64,000 bases of DNA from a bacterium (lineage in GTDB: Bacteria; Zhuqueibacterota; Zhuqueibacteria; Residuimicrobiales; Krinioviventaceae), in NCBI GenBank assembly GCA_963674595.2, contig CAXXFV010000014.1, forward strand, positions 32,001 to 96,000, read 5' to 3'. Positions 51,327 through 60,441 of this stretch are shown piece by piece. How positions within the stretch are numbered: position 1 is the first letter of the stretch; every line of letters starts with the position of its first letter. The position numbers were made by a program, and so were the translations under genes. Under the pieces are notes generated by a model. That model was not told the DNA's origin and did no database searches. It saw only the letters and a program-made list of their open reading frames with translations.

Positions 51327-52154
51327 ATGCGGATATTATCAATTTTTCTATTTGCCATTGTTATTTTCAGTGATGATAATAACACAGATTTGACCAAACC
51401 ATCTACTAAATCTCTGGCCGGCTGGAATCTGGTATGGCAGGACGAATTTAACGGTACAGAAATCAATAAATTGCTATGGGAACATGAAGTCAATGCCTGG
51501 GGCGGCGGAAATAATGAATTACAATATTATACAGACCGGCCTGAAAATTCTTTTATTCAGGATGGTAAGCTAGTCATTCGTGCTATAAAAGAAAATTATA
51601 CAGGACCGGAGGGAACCAGAGAATATACATCCGCCCGTCTGAGGACAAAAAACAAAGGCGACTGGAAATATGGTCGTTTTGAAATACGCGCTAAACTACC
51701 ACAGGGACAAGGTCTTTGGCCGGCCATCTGGATGCTGCCTACAGACAATGTTTACGGTGGATGGGCCGCCAGTGGTGAAATAGACATTATGGAACTGCTG
51801 GGACATCAACCCAATATTGTTTATGGCACATTACATTATGGCGGTCAATGGCCGGAAAACAAACACACCGGCATTTCTTATAAAATTGCTGTCAATGATT
51901 TTTCAACGGATTTTTATACTTTTGCACTGGAATGGGAAGAGAAAGAGTTCCGTTGGTATGTGGATGATGTTCTTTACCAGACTCAAAATACGTGGGACAC
52001 CAAAAACCAACCCTATCCAGCTCCGTTTGATCAAAAATTTCACTTGCTGCTGAATGTTGCGGTGGGCGGCAACTGGCCCGGTAACCCGGATGAAACAACC
52101 GTCTTTCCCCAGGAAATGATGGTAGATTATGTAAGGGTTTATGAGAGAAAATAA
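51327..52154 (+). CDS. GH16 beta-1,3-glucanase (laminarinase-like)
   Basis: WQDEF, GNNELQYY, YTSAR, GLWPAIWML, catalytic EIDIME, NVAVGG and VDYVRVY. Confidence 0.92.
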   Translation: MRILSIFLFAIVIFSDDNNTDLTKPSTKSLAGWNLVWQDEFNGTEINKLLWEHEVNAWGGGNNELQYYTDRPENSFIQDGKLVIRAIKENYTGPEGTREYTSARLRTKNKGDWKYGRFEIRAKLPQGQGLWPAIWMLPTDNVYGGWAASGEIDIMELLGHQPNIVYGTLHYGGQWPENKHTGISYKIAVNDFSTDFYTFALEWEEKEFRWYVDDVLYQTQNTWDTKNQPYPAPFDQKFHLLLNVAVGGNWPGNPDETTVFPQEMMVDYVRVYERK

Positions 52155-52174
52155 ACAGATAGAATTTAACAATC

Positions 52175-53230
52175 TTATAATATTACTGAAGGTTGATAAC
52201 GAATTATAAGCTCCCTTGAAATACCAAGCTCTTTATGTGTAAATCCTTTAGAAACCAACCATCTCAGTTTAAATAAACCTTCTTTTTGTGTAAAATAATT
52301 AAATACAACCTGAACAGTATCTTTTCTCATAATCACATGAGGCTTTAAATCGTATTTATTCAGATTATTTTTAAACTTTGTAAACTTAGTCGCAAATGTA
52401 GAATCGACCATACTTTCTAATTCCATGTTTCCGGAATCCAATAACCCATCAAACTGGCGGGAATCACTCAACATCGTCTCATCACGATAATTTGCATGCC
52501 AGTACAAAAAAAAGTGATCACAATAAAAAGCTAACAGGCTTAACTGAAAATAACTTTGAGGTGACTGGTCGAGTTCAATGTGTTCCAGGAATGGCCGGTC
52601 CATTGAGTTTTTAATATTATGTTTGTAAAGGTACTTTTCCCAATTTTCAATGTCGTTCATTTTATTCAAGGGAGGTTCATCAACTTTTCTGGCATATACA
52701 AAAGGTATTCCGGTGCTCATATCAAAATAATACAGATAATCCAGTATATAAAATTTTTCGAGTTTAATATATTCCAATGCGTCAAAAATCGGACTAAAAT
52801 CTTTTACCGGCAGTTTGGCAATTTTACGAAAATCAGTCTCAGCAGCAATCCTTTTCTGTTCATCAAGCATTATTTGATATCTATCTTGAATATCAATATT
52901 ACCCATGTTTTTAATTTTATCAGTTACAAAACATTTCCGAGTGATTCCTTCAATTCTGTCAAAAACTCTTCTCTGACCTTGACTCAATTCATTAAAAATT
53001 TTTTCAACATCTGATATATATTTTTCAGCATTTTCGATATAAAAGACATCAGGAGGTATTTTTTCATCGTTCAAAGAAACATTAACTGTCACATTTTTTT
53101 CAATTTTATTTTCAAGGACTAATGTCCTGCCATTTTTTAAAACACCAAAACCAAAAAATCGATAACAACATATCGCACAAAAAACCAGGACAAGGCAACC
53201 AATTATTGCTAATTCAATTTTTCTTTTCAC
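52175..53230 (-). CDS. Hypothetical protein with N-terminal membrane anchor
   Basis: 351-aa ORF, N-terminal hydrophobic helix, 'G.P.VYAR' and 'FFLYWHANY'. Function not recognised. Confidence 0.65.
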   Translation of the reverse strand: MKRKIELAIIGCLVLVFCAICCYRFFGFGVLKNGRTLVLENKIEKNVTVNVSLNDEKIPPDVFYIENAEKYISDVEKIFNELSQGQRRVFDRIEGITRKCFVTDKIKNMGNIDIQDRYQIMLDEQKRIAAETDFRKIAKLPVKDFSPIFDALEYIKLEKFYILDYLYYFDMSTGIPFVYARKVDEPPLNKMNDIENWEKYLYKHNIKNSMDRPFLEHIELDQSPQSYFQLSLLAFYCDHFFLYWHANYRDETMLSDSRQFDGLLDSGNMELESMVDSTFATKFTKFKNNLNKYDLKPHVIMRKDTVQVVFNYFTQKEGLFKLRWLVSKGFTHKELGISRELIIRYQPSVIL

Positions 53231-53330
53231 AAACTATCCCCCTTTTCAGAGCATAAATACTGCTTTATTTTTAAAACAATCAGCTTGAATATACTATCTT
53301 TATATTCCACCACTAACCTGGCCACCTGGT

Positions 53331-53738
53331 CTATTTCAGTCCTTTTTCATTAAAAAATTGGGAATACTTTTTGTCCGTCACCTTTATATGATTTTTAAGC
53401 CAACTGCTTAAAAAACTCATCACCTCAATTGATATACCCAAACTTCCTTTTTCAAATCCCTGCCTAAACTCTGTAACCTTTTCAACAAAATCAGCATGTT
53501 CTTTTTTATGGGCTTCTGTTTCAGGATATCCAAACTGGTCAAAGTACTTTTCTTCTGTTTTGAAATGTATTGATGTATAGCTAATCAAGCTATTTACAAT
53601 TTTCCCCAAAACATCTTTGGCTTTCCCCTGTCTCATGGCATCATGCAGCTCATTAATAAGAGACACAAGCCTTTTGTGCTGCTGGTCAATTTCAGCCACG
53701 TTTACACTTAAACTATCATTCCAGTTAATCAAAGCCAT
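53331..53738 (-). CDS. Bacteriohemerythrin
   Basis: W.D.LSV...EIDQQHKRL, HFKTEE, HKKEH and WLKNHI..TDKKY di-iron ligands. Start 53738 with GGAGG RBS. Confidence 0.94.
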   Translation of the reverse strand: MALINWNDSLSVNVAEIDQQHKRLVSLINELHDAMRQGKAKDVLGKIVNSLISYTSIHFKTEEKYFDQFGYPETEAHKKEHADFVEKVTEFRQGFEKGSLGISIEVMSFLSSWLKNHIKVTDKKYSQFFNEKGLK

Positions 53739-53781
53739 CTCTACCTCCAAATTATTTATCACACGACAATACTAAAAAAAA

Positions 53782-53815
53782 CAAACCGCAGAAGCAAAAC
53801 ACCTCCTGCGGTTTA
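53782..53815 (-). terminator. Intrinsic terminator downstream of the SPFH gene
   Basis: Minus strand AAACCGCAGGAG-loop-CTTCTGCGGTTT followed by GTTTTTTTT. Confidence 0.7.
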
Positions 53816-53838
53816 AAAATTTCGAATATTATTTTATA

Positions 53839-54762
53839 TTATTCTTTTTTTGTTTTATTTATTACAGACATTGCCGCAGCAACCATTGATGCCATGTCTC
53901 CTAAATTATTGGGAATAATCATTGTATTATTCTCTTTGGCCAATTTACCAAACTCTGCTACGTATTTCTCGGCGACTCTTAAATTGGCTGCTGTCTCACC
54001 ACCATCAAGGCTTAAAGACTCGGCGATTTTGCGAATTCCCTCGGCGGTAGCAACGGCAACCAGTTCAATCTCCTTTGCCTGGCCTTCTGCTTCGTTAATT
54101 CGTCTCTGTTTTTCACCTTCTGAAACTTCAATGGCTTCCTTTTTCAAACCTTCGGCACGATTGATTCGGGACTGTCGATCACCTTCTGATGTGGCAATAG
54201 CGGCACGTTTTTCTCTTTCAGCTCTCATTTGTTTTTCCATGGCGTCCATAACACTCTGCGGTGGGGTGATATCCTTAATCTCATAACGTAAAACTTTAAC
54301 ACCCCAGTTCTGTGCCGCTTCATCAATGGCGGCCACCACTCGCTGATTTAGACTTTCCCGTTCTTCAAAGGTCCTGTCCAGTTCAATTTTACCGATTACA
54401 GACCGAAGCGAAGTCTGCGCAAGCTGACTGGCAGCCAATCGATAATTATCAATACCATAAGCCGACAGTTTGCTGTCAATAACTTGCAGATAAAGAACAC
54501 CATCAACTGAAACAGAGACATTATCGGTTGTTATACAGTCCTGGGAAGGAATATCCATAACCTCTTCCTTTAAGGACCGTTTATAGGCGACTTTATCAAG
54601 AAACGGTATCAAAATGTGAAATCCAGCACCCAGGGTTTTACTGTATTTTCCAAGACGTTCAATGATAAATTCTGATCTTTGTGGTACAACAACGGCTGTT
54701 TTTACCAGCAAAATAATTACGATAACAGCTATAATACCAACAACAAACAATGATTCACCCAT
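53839..54762 (-). CDS. qmcA: SPFH/band-7 protein (paraslipin/QmcA-like)
   Basis: IERLGKY, CITTDNV.V.VDG, AQTSLRS.IG, WGVKVLRYEIKDI.PP and QMRAEREKRA. Confidence 0.9.
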   Translation of the reverse strand: MGESLFVVGIIAVIVIILLVKTAVVVPQRSEFIIERLGKYSKTLGAGFHILIPFLDKVAYKRSLKEEVMDIPSQDCITTDNVSVSVDGVLYLQVIDSKLSAYGIDNYRLAASQLAQTSLRSVIGKIELDRTFEERESLNQRVVAAIDEAAQNWGVKVLRYEIKDITPPQSVMDAMEKQMRAEREKRAAIATSEGDRQSRINRAEGLKKEAIEVSEGEKQRRINEAEGQAKEIELVAVATAEGIRKIAESLSLDGGETAANLRVAEKYVAEFGKLAKENNTMIIPNNLGDMASMVAAAMSVINKTKKE

Positions 54763-54771
54763 TTCTCTCTC

Positions 54772-55221
54772 CTATAATAATTTTACTTTAAAAGTTAAAC
54801 CATCTTCCGAATTTTGACTCTCGATGACAACAGCCCGGCCTTCCTCAATCTCAGAGTCGGCAACGGCCCTCCAAAAACTTCCCATTACTTTAATTTCACC
54901 GGGAAGCCCGGGAGAAATAGTTTTGGTTACTATAGCATTTTTACCGATTTTTGATTCAGCATAGGCATCATCAATCTGATCTCGTGTTGTGCCTTTAAAT
55001 GTTTTGATGCCATATTTTCTCAATGTAAAAAGAAGGACCAAAGATGATATGATAAAAATCGATACCTGAGCTGTTAAATTGATATCGAACAGCAAATCTA
55101 AAATTGCAACAATCCAGCAACCACCGGTAAAAAATATTAAAATTAATCCCGGTAAAAACAACTCGGCAACTAAAAAAACAACACCTATGAGAAACCATAT
55201 TAACGGGGGCGACAGACTCAT
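54772..55221 (-). CDS. NfeD-family (YbbJ-like) membrane protein
   Basis: 'W...G....AEL..PG' N-terminal TMs, C-terminal OB fold 'IGK.A.V...I.P...GEI...GSFWRA'; directly upstream of the SPFH gene. Confidence 0.88.
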   Translation of the reverse strand: MSLSPPLIWFLIGVVFLVAELFLPGLILIFFTGGCWIVAILDLLFDINLTAQVSIFIISSLVLLFTLRKYGIKTFKGTTRDQIDDAYAESKIGKNAIVTKTISPGLPGEIKVMGSFWRAVADSEIEEGRAVVIESQNSEDGLTFKVKLL

Positions 55222-55623
55222 TATTTCCTCCTCTTATATTTTAGTATGTAACATAAAAAAAATAAGCTAACACATCCCAACTAACACTTGTTCTAATATC
55301 CAGTAGATTAACCAAAATTATTTTCTACTCGCGAATCCAAACACAATCACTAATTAATTATGCCAAGTGCAACCTCCCCTTTTTTTACGGATTTAATAAT
55401 TTTTTGACAGGAATGTACAACCTCTGCCTCCTATAGCAAAAAAGCATGACTTTTTTTATAACCGAAAAAACTAAGTCCTAAAAAGTTTAAGATAATACAA
55501 AATATAAAAAAACAGCGCAAGGATTATTTACTATAAATGTTTCCCCCCTGTTGTCTAATCATTTTATAAAAATTTTGACAAAATAAAAAAAACATTGGTA
55601 ACAATGAGTATTTGAATTTTCTG

Positions 55624-56043
55624 CTACATAAATCGAATTAATATGGGTATAATGATCGAATTTACCACAAGGCAAGCGATAACAACCGTTAAGAAAAAAT
55701 ACCGCTTGTTATAATTCGTCATTAATGATGAATCATAATATTTTTCCACTTGGTTTTCCTTGTACATTAAAATAAGACCGTGCAGCAGTTTATTACGGGT
55801 GTTTTTTCCGGTATGCAAGGCTGCAATTGCTACAACGTTTACGATGATAGAAACAAAAATAAAAACGACAAGCACAAAATCATCACTCGAATTTGCATTT
55901 TTAGAAGAAGCATTATTAGCGACAGAAGAATTAATAGCCAGTATGATGAGGTTGAACAAGACAGCCGTCACAGTAAATATTGTATCTGTCCGCGAACTTT
56001 GCTGCAGTTCATTTACAATGTGCTCATGGACTTTTTCAATCAT
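55624..56043 (-). CDS. Small membrane protein of unknown function
   Basis: 139 aa, three TM helices, AGGAGG RBS. Confidence 0.7.
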   Translation of the reverse strand: MIEKVHEHIVNELQQSSRTDTIFTVTAVLFNLIILAINSSVANNASSKNANSSDDFVLVVFIFVSIIVNVVAIAALHTGKNTRNKLLHGLILMYKENQVEKYYDSSLMTNYNKRYFFLTVVIACLVVNSIIIPILIRFM

Positions 56044-56095
56044 AACATCCTCCTGATTAAATTAAAAACAGACCATATAAAAAGTCTATTCTTGA

Positions 56096-57190
56096 CTAAA
56101 AAGGCCTTGAAAAATATGAAAAAAAGCGTGAAATCTTGTCTGGTGGATCAAACAATATTTGACCGGGAATTGCAAAAGCCTTTGAAAAATTCGGATCCAA
56201 TGCCGTTGCCTCTTTTTGCAATTCATCACCTTTCTCTTTATCTCCCTGAAATAAATAGATTTTGGCCAACATACCGATGACATAAGCCTTTACAGGCTTG
56301 ATTGGTGCCGGTTTTGATTTTAGAAAAGTTTCAAACTCTTTAATTATGAGAGGAGCCAGGGAATCAAGATTTTCACGATTCTGCATAAACTGCATCATGT
56401 AATACCTTCCCAGGTCCACATAAAGCGTATTTTTCTCAGCATTTAACTGAATGGCTTTATCAAAACATTTTCCGGCCTGTTCAATATCACCTTTTTGTAA
56501 ATAAGCTCTTCCCAATGCTTCATAAACATCCGCATTGTCTTGATGATTTTTTTCTATATTTTGCCAAAACTTGATATAATCAGCATCCCGAGGCATAACA
56601 AGCTCACGTGCCTTGGCACCGAATACAACATCTGCTTTTTCCAAATCCCGAGTGTACTTTTCAGCTTTAGCACTATCCCCTCCAACATTTGATGGAAGCA
56701 TTTTTAAAAGCTCAACAAGGAATAACTTTGCTTCGTAATAGTTCGGTTCCAAACGCAGAACAGATTCAAAAGTTGAAACCGTTTCCTTGGCAACTTTTTC
56801 AACTTGAATTTTACTTAATCCCTGATAAGTAGCGTAAATTCTTGTATAGCAAACATAACCTTTAAAAAACAAATATATTACATTATTCGAATCAATCTCA
56901 ACGGCTTTATTTATAGTATGTTGCATATCATCCAATCCGGCAATAAGCTTGTGGGGGTCTCCCAATCCAATGTTAAGTTTTGTTCGCGCCAGTTCAAACC
57001 AAGCGGCAGCATCTGCAGAATCTTTTTTTATAGCCTGTTCCAATAGAACTTGCGCAGCATCTGCCTTACCATCCATCCTTAATTCATAAGCCCTATGTAC
57101 CAAATCATCAGCTAGTTTCTCAGAGCAGGAGAAAATGAATAGCATAAAAATAACAGTAATGCTTGCTATTTTAAAAAAATTTTCTTTCAT
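56096..57190 (-). CDS. TPR-repeat lipoprotein
   Basis: Lipobox-like IFSC; TPR patterns 'AWFELAR' and 'YEALGRAYLQKGDIEQA...F.KAI'. Confidence 0.78.
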   Translation of the reverse strand: MKENFFKIASITVIFMLFIFSCSEKLADDLVHRAYELRMDGKADAAQVLLEQAIKKDSADAAAWFELARTKLNIGLGDPHKLIAGLDDMQHTINKAVEIDSNNVIYLFFKGYVCYTRIYATYQGLSKIQVEKVAKETVSTFESVLRLEPNYYEAKLFLVELLKMLPSNVGGDSAKAEKYTRDLEKADVVFGAKARELVMPRDADYIKFWQNIEKNHQDNADVYEALGRAYLQKGDIEQAGKCFDKAIQLNAEKNTLYVDLGRYYMMQFMQNRENLDSLAPLIIKEFETFLKSKPAPIKPVKAYVIGMLAKIYLFQGDKEKGDELQKEATALDPNFSKAFAIPGQILFDPPDKISRFFSYFSRPF

Positions 57191-57596
57191 GATTTATGCT
57201 CCTTATATATGGAATATATATCTATTCTAAAAAGTTAATAAAACCAGGAATAGTAATGAATAACAGCACAAAGAGAACAACAGGAAATGACCAAAAAATA
57301 TGAATGATATCAGGCGAGTTATGTATTCGTTCATTCCTGAAAACGAAGTAAAGCTACAGAATAATCCAATTTTTTAATTAACAAAAATGTTGAAGTCCTA
57401 TATCATTTCTTGTTAAATGCCGGTATTGATTTGAGATTCTGAATACGTATAATACAATCAGGATTACCTTTCATCCGCTCCGAGCCGACATCTTTCAGTT
57501 CATCTCTATTATGCTGTTCAAATCTTTCCTTTCAACCATTTAAGAATTTTTCAATCCTGTAAACAGTGGTTTTATAAATGCTGAGAATTCAATTAA

Positions 57597-57995
57597 CTAA
57601 AATCTTAATTCACATCCAAAAACAGGATAAAATCCGGTATAGGCTATTCCTGTTGTATACCCGCCACCCAATTTTAGAAAAGTTACTTTTTTTATCTTTA
57701 TCTGATAGGCCACAGAGCCATAAAAGACAGACCCGATACCCAGGCCAACAGTACTGTTAAATCCATTTTCAAAATAATTCGAATAGTAATTAATTCCTGT
57801 TGCAGCTATTGAAGGAAACCCGAAAGTATAAAAATGATAAAAATTCCGGCTTTTCTTAATTTCTACCGTATAACCAACCACATCCACACCGTTTGGATGT
57901 AAAAAACCAAAATGAAATGATTTTGCTGTTTCTGCGTTACCAAAGTCAGCAACAGACAAAATAAAGATAACCAAACCACAAATAAAAATTTTCAT
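57597..57995 (-). CDS. Small exported protein, possibly an outer-membrane beta-strand protein
   Basis: Signal peptide, Gly/aromatic-rich strands and terminal Phe (ELRF). Confidence 0.6.
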   Translation of the reverse strand: MKIFICGLVIFILSVADFGNAETAKSFHFGFLHPNGVDVVGYTVEIKKSRNFYHFYTFGFPSIAATGINYYSNYFENGFNSTVGLGIGSVFYGSVAYQIKIKKVTFLKLGGGYTTGIAYTGFYPVFGCELRF

Positions 57996-58224
57996 ATAAT
58001 GCCTTCTACCTGACTTTTAACATAGATTACATTTGTACGGCTTTTCACTACCTGTAAACAATCAAGTGTGCATTAAAAGACATGATATATGAACCGATAA
58101 TACAAAATATATTATTTCAACGCAAGTTTTAAGTTAATTGAAAAAATCTTAAATGCCTTCGATCGATTATAAATTTTATTGAAAAATTTAACAAAAATTT
58201 CGGAAAATATTTATACAACCAATT

Positions 58225-59063
58225 TTACCATTGCCAACTCTCGACTGCGATTATAAAATTTAAGGCGGCAGAAGAAACTCTTTTGCTTTCATGAAAAGAC
58301 ACCCCAATACCGACACCGAAAAGATGCGACGGATGAAACAATGTTTGGGCCTTAACTACATAACCAAGACTCACAGAAGAATGAATCGTTCCCAGGTCAC
58401 TTTCGGTATTATATTCCCATTGAGAACAACCCAATCCCCCGCTTATAACAACATCCATCCAGCGGGAATTCAGTGAATGGCCGATTGTACTCCATAAAGT
58501 ACTTGTCCCCCAGCATTCCGAGCCGGATGCGTCAACGCCTATCGAAAAGACCTTATTTTTACGGCGATAATGCAGTCCCATTTGAGCATAAAGAGAATTT
58601 GACTTGTGGTTAAAATAATCGACCGCCACAGTAGACCCACCCATTCCCAATTGCAGCCAAAGTGCGTTGCTTTTTTTTGACCTGTTTTGGTTTTTTCATT
58701 ATGACAATCACTTTGTTTATTTTGTAAAAATAAATTTGAATCAAGAGGCGATTCTTTAAAAGGATAAATGATCTCCCCATTTTCATTTAATAATTTTTCA
58801 ATCTGTTTAAATTTATAAATAGAGGGCACCGGATCGTAGAGCAGACTTTTTCTACCCGGATCAAAACAGATACCGTTATTATAAATACCCAAAAGGGTCC
58901 CCTTTATTGTTATCTGTTCAAATGATGTTTCTTCTTGAACCAGAATGAGAATACAGTTGGAGTTGGAGTTGGAATTGGCATGCACTGTATCGGAAGTGGC
59001 TGAATATATACTGCAGATTTTTACAAAAACCAAAAAAGCCAAAACAAAAATTTTTAAATTCAT
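58225..59063 (-). CDS. Exported protein split at an A8 run (N-terminal ORF 59063-58539, C-terminal beta-barrel-like ORF 58650-58225)
   Basis: Signal peptide in the first ORF; adding one A to the A8 tract (~58671-58678) gives ...GQKKSNALWLQLGMGG... and a single ORF ending in Trp. Confidence 0.55.
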
Positions 59064-59123
59064 TATATCCCCTAAAATTGAACAAGTTATATACCTGTGC
59101 TCCTTTGTCCGAAAATACCATAA

Positions 59124-59184
59124 CGTAGGGGCACTCCCCTGTGATTGCCCGTAATCAGTACAGACACGGGGGTCTGTCCCTATG
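59124..59184. repeat. Degenerate REP/REPIN-like palindromic element (GTAG-type)
   Basis: CGTAGGGGCACTCCCCTGTGATTGCCC...CAGACACGGGGGTCTGTCCCTATG: two inverted GTAGGG-headed units; a GC-rich island in AT-rich spacer. Confidence 0.6.
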
Positions 59185-59412
59185 TTTTTGATAATATTAA
59201 AAGCATCAATATATTTTGCAACAGCCTACCCAATAATCCATTACCTATATTAAAATAATACAAAATATACATAACCGACACAAGTGGTATTTGTGATAGT
59301 TTTGAGATACATCTTAAATTATTAAACTTGACTTTTAAATGGTATAAATGTAATTTAAAATAGTAATTTTATAAAATATTTGTTTTGCTTAGATAATAAA
59401 TGGAGCACTAAA

Positions 59413-59604
59413 ATGAAAACCATCAGATATACATATTGGCAGGATGAAGAGTATTATATCGGTTTTCTCAATGATTATCCGGATTATCATACACAGGGAC
59501 TCTCAAAAGAAGAGTTGGTTTCCAGTTTAAAATCCATCCTTGATGATATTGGATCTGGTGAAATCCCCTATATTCGTAAAGTTGAAGAACTGGTTTTACC
59601 TTGA
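59413..59604 (+). CDS. hicB: HicB-family antitoxin (short)
   Basis: 'YTYWQDEEYYIGFLNDYPDYHTQG.S.EEL...L' HicB-like fold; GGAG RBS. Confidence 0.85.
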   Translation: MKTIRYTYWQDEEYYIGFLNDYPDYHTQGLSKEELVSSLKSILDDIGSGEIPYIRKVEELVLP

Positions 59605-59780
59605 AAAGGCGAATATTAATAAAAAAACTTCATGATTTGGGGTGTATACTTGTACGACATGGTAGTGCACATGATTGGTATACAAATCCTCATACAAAAC
59701 AATCCCAACCCGTTCCACGCCATTCTGAAATCAACGAAAACCTGGCTAAATCCATACTCAATAAACTAAAAAATGATTAA
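59601..59780 (+). CDS. hicA: HicA-family mRNA interferase toxin (59 aa; not in ORF track)
   Basis: TTG start overlapping the hicB TGA; MKRRILIKKLHDLGCILVRHGSAHDWYTNPHTKQSQPVPRHSEINENLAKSILNKLKND with the conserved RHG..HD and VPRH.EI. Confidence 0.9.
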   Translation: MKRRILIKKLHDLGCILVRHGSAHDWYTNPHTKQSQPVPRHSEINENLAKSILNKLKND

Positions 59781-59969
59781 AATATTCATTGGGGCATTTT
59801 CATAAATAATTTTCCATTTTTATTAAAACTATCGATAATCAAAAAAATCTCCAACTTTTGAACTAGCCAGTTTGTATACCCATCTTAAAAAAAACAATTA
59901 ATCTATCCTCAAAGACACAATTTAAAAATAAGATTTAAAACATTTACCTGCTAAAACCTGAAAAAATCC

Positions 59970-60022
59970 TTGACAATGTCGTTTTATTGTTTATATTTAA
60001 TACAGCTACTACAAATTAGTAG
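59970..60022 (+). promoter_or_regulatory. Promoter and putative BlaI-type operator
   Basis: TTGACA (59970-59975), 16 nt, TATATT (59992-59997); inverted repeat CTACTA-caaat-TAGTAG (60006-60022) just downstream. Confidence 0.6.
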
Positions 60023-60051
60023 ATAACCTACATTATAAAAAGGAACTCAAA

Positions 60052-60438
60052 ATGAGCAAAAATATTTTGCCGGAACTTTCAAAACCCGAATATAATATCC
60101 TGAGAATTTTATGGAAAAATGGACGCTCAAGTGTACGCGAGGTTCATGACCAGCTTAAAGATTCTCTGGGATGGGCTTATACAACCACCAAAACCATGAT
60201 GGACCGCATGGTTGGAAAAGAATTGCTGGTGCGTGAAAATTTTCATGGAGTAAATCTATACAAAGCCCACATCAGCAGACCCGCCGGTTTGGCCAGAATG
60301 GTACAATTTTTTGCTGACCGTGTACTGGAGGTAGACGCCGGCACTGTGTTGTCGCTCTTTTCCGACAGTAATGCCATTTCACAGGAGGAAATCGAGGAAC
60401 TGGAAAAATTACTTGATGATGAAAAAGAGGGGAAATAA
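60052..60438 (+). CDS. BlaI/MecI/CopY-family repressor
   Basis: 'LS..EY.I.RILW....SVREVH......WAYTTTKTMMDRM..K' winged helix and C-terminal 'EEIEELEKLL'. Confidence 0.92.
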   Translation: MSKNILPELSKPEYNILRILWKNGRSSVREVHDQLKDSLGWAYTTTKTMMDRMVGKELLVRENFHGVNLYKAHISRPAGLARMVQFFADRVLEVDAGTVLSLFSDSNAISQEEIEELEKLLDDEKEGK

Positions 60439-60441
60439 ATA

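Noticed and set aside
55760-56280. Two + strand ORFs (98 and 166 aa)
   Set aside because: Antisense to better-supported minus-strand genes that have RBS and signal/TM features.
57225-57540. Possible degraded membrane-protein gene on the minus strand (hydrophobic stretch IIHIFWSFPVVLFVLLFITIPGF)
   Set aside because: No start/RBS or continuous frame, and no recognisable family; insufficient support.
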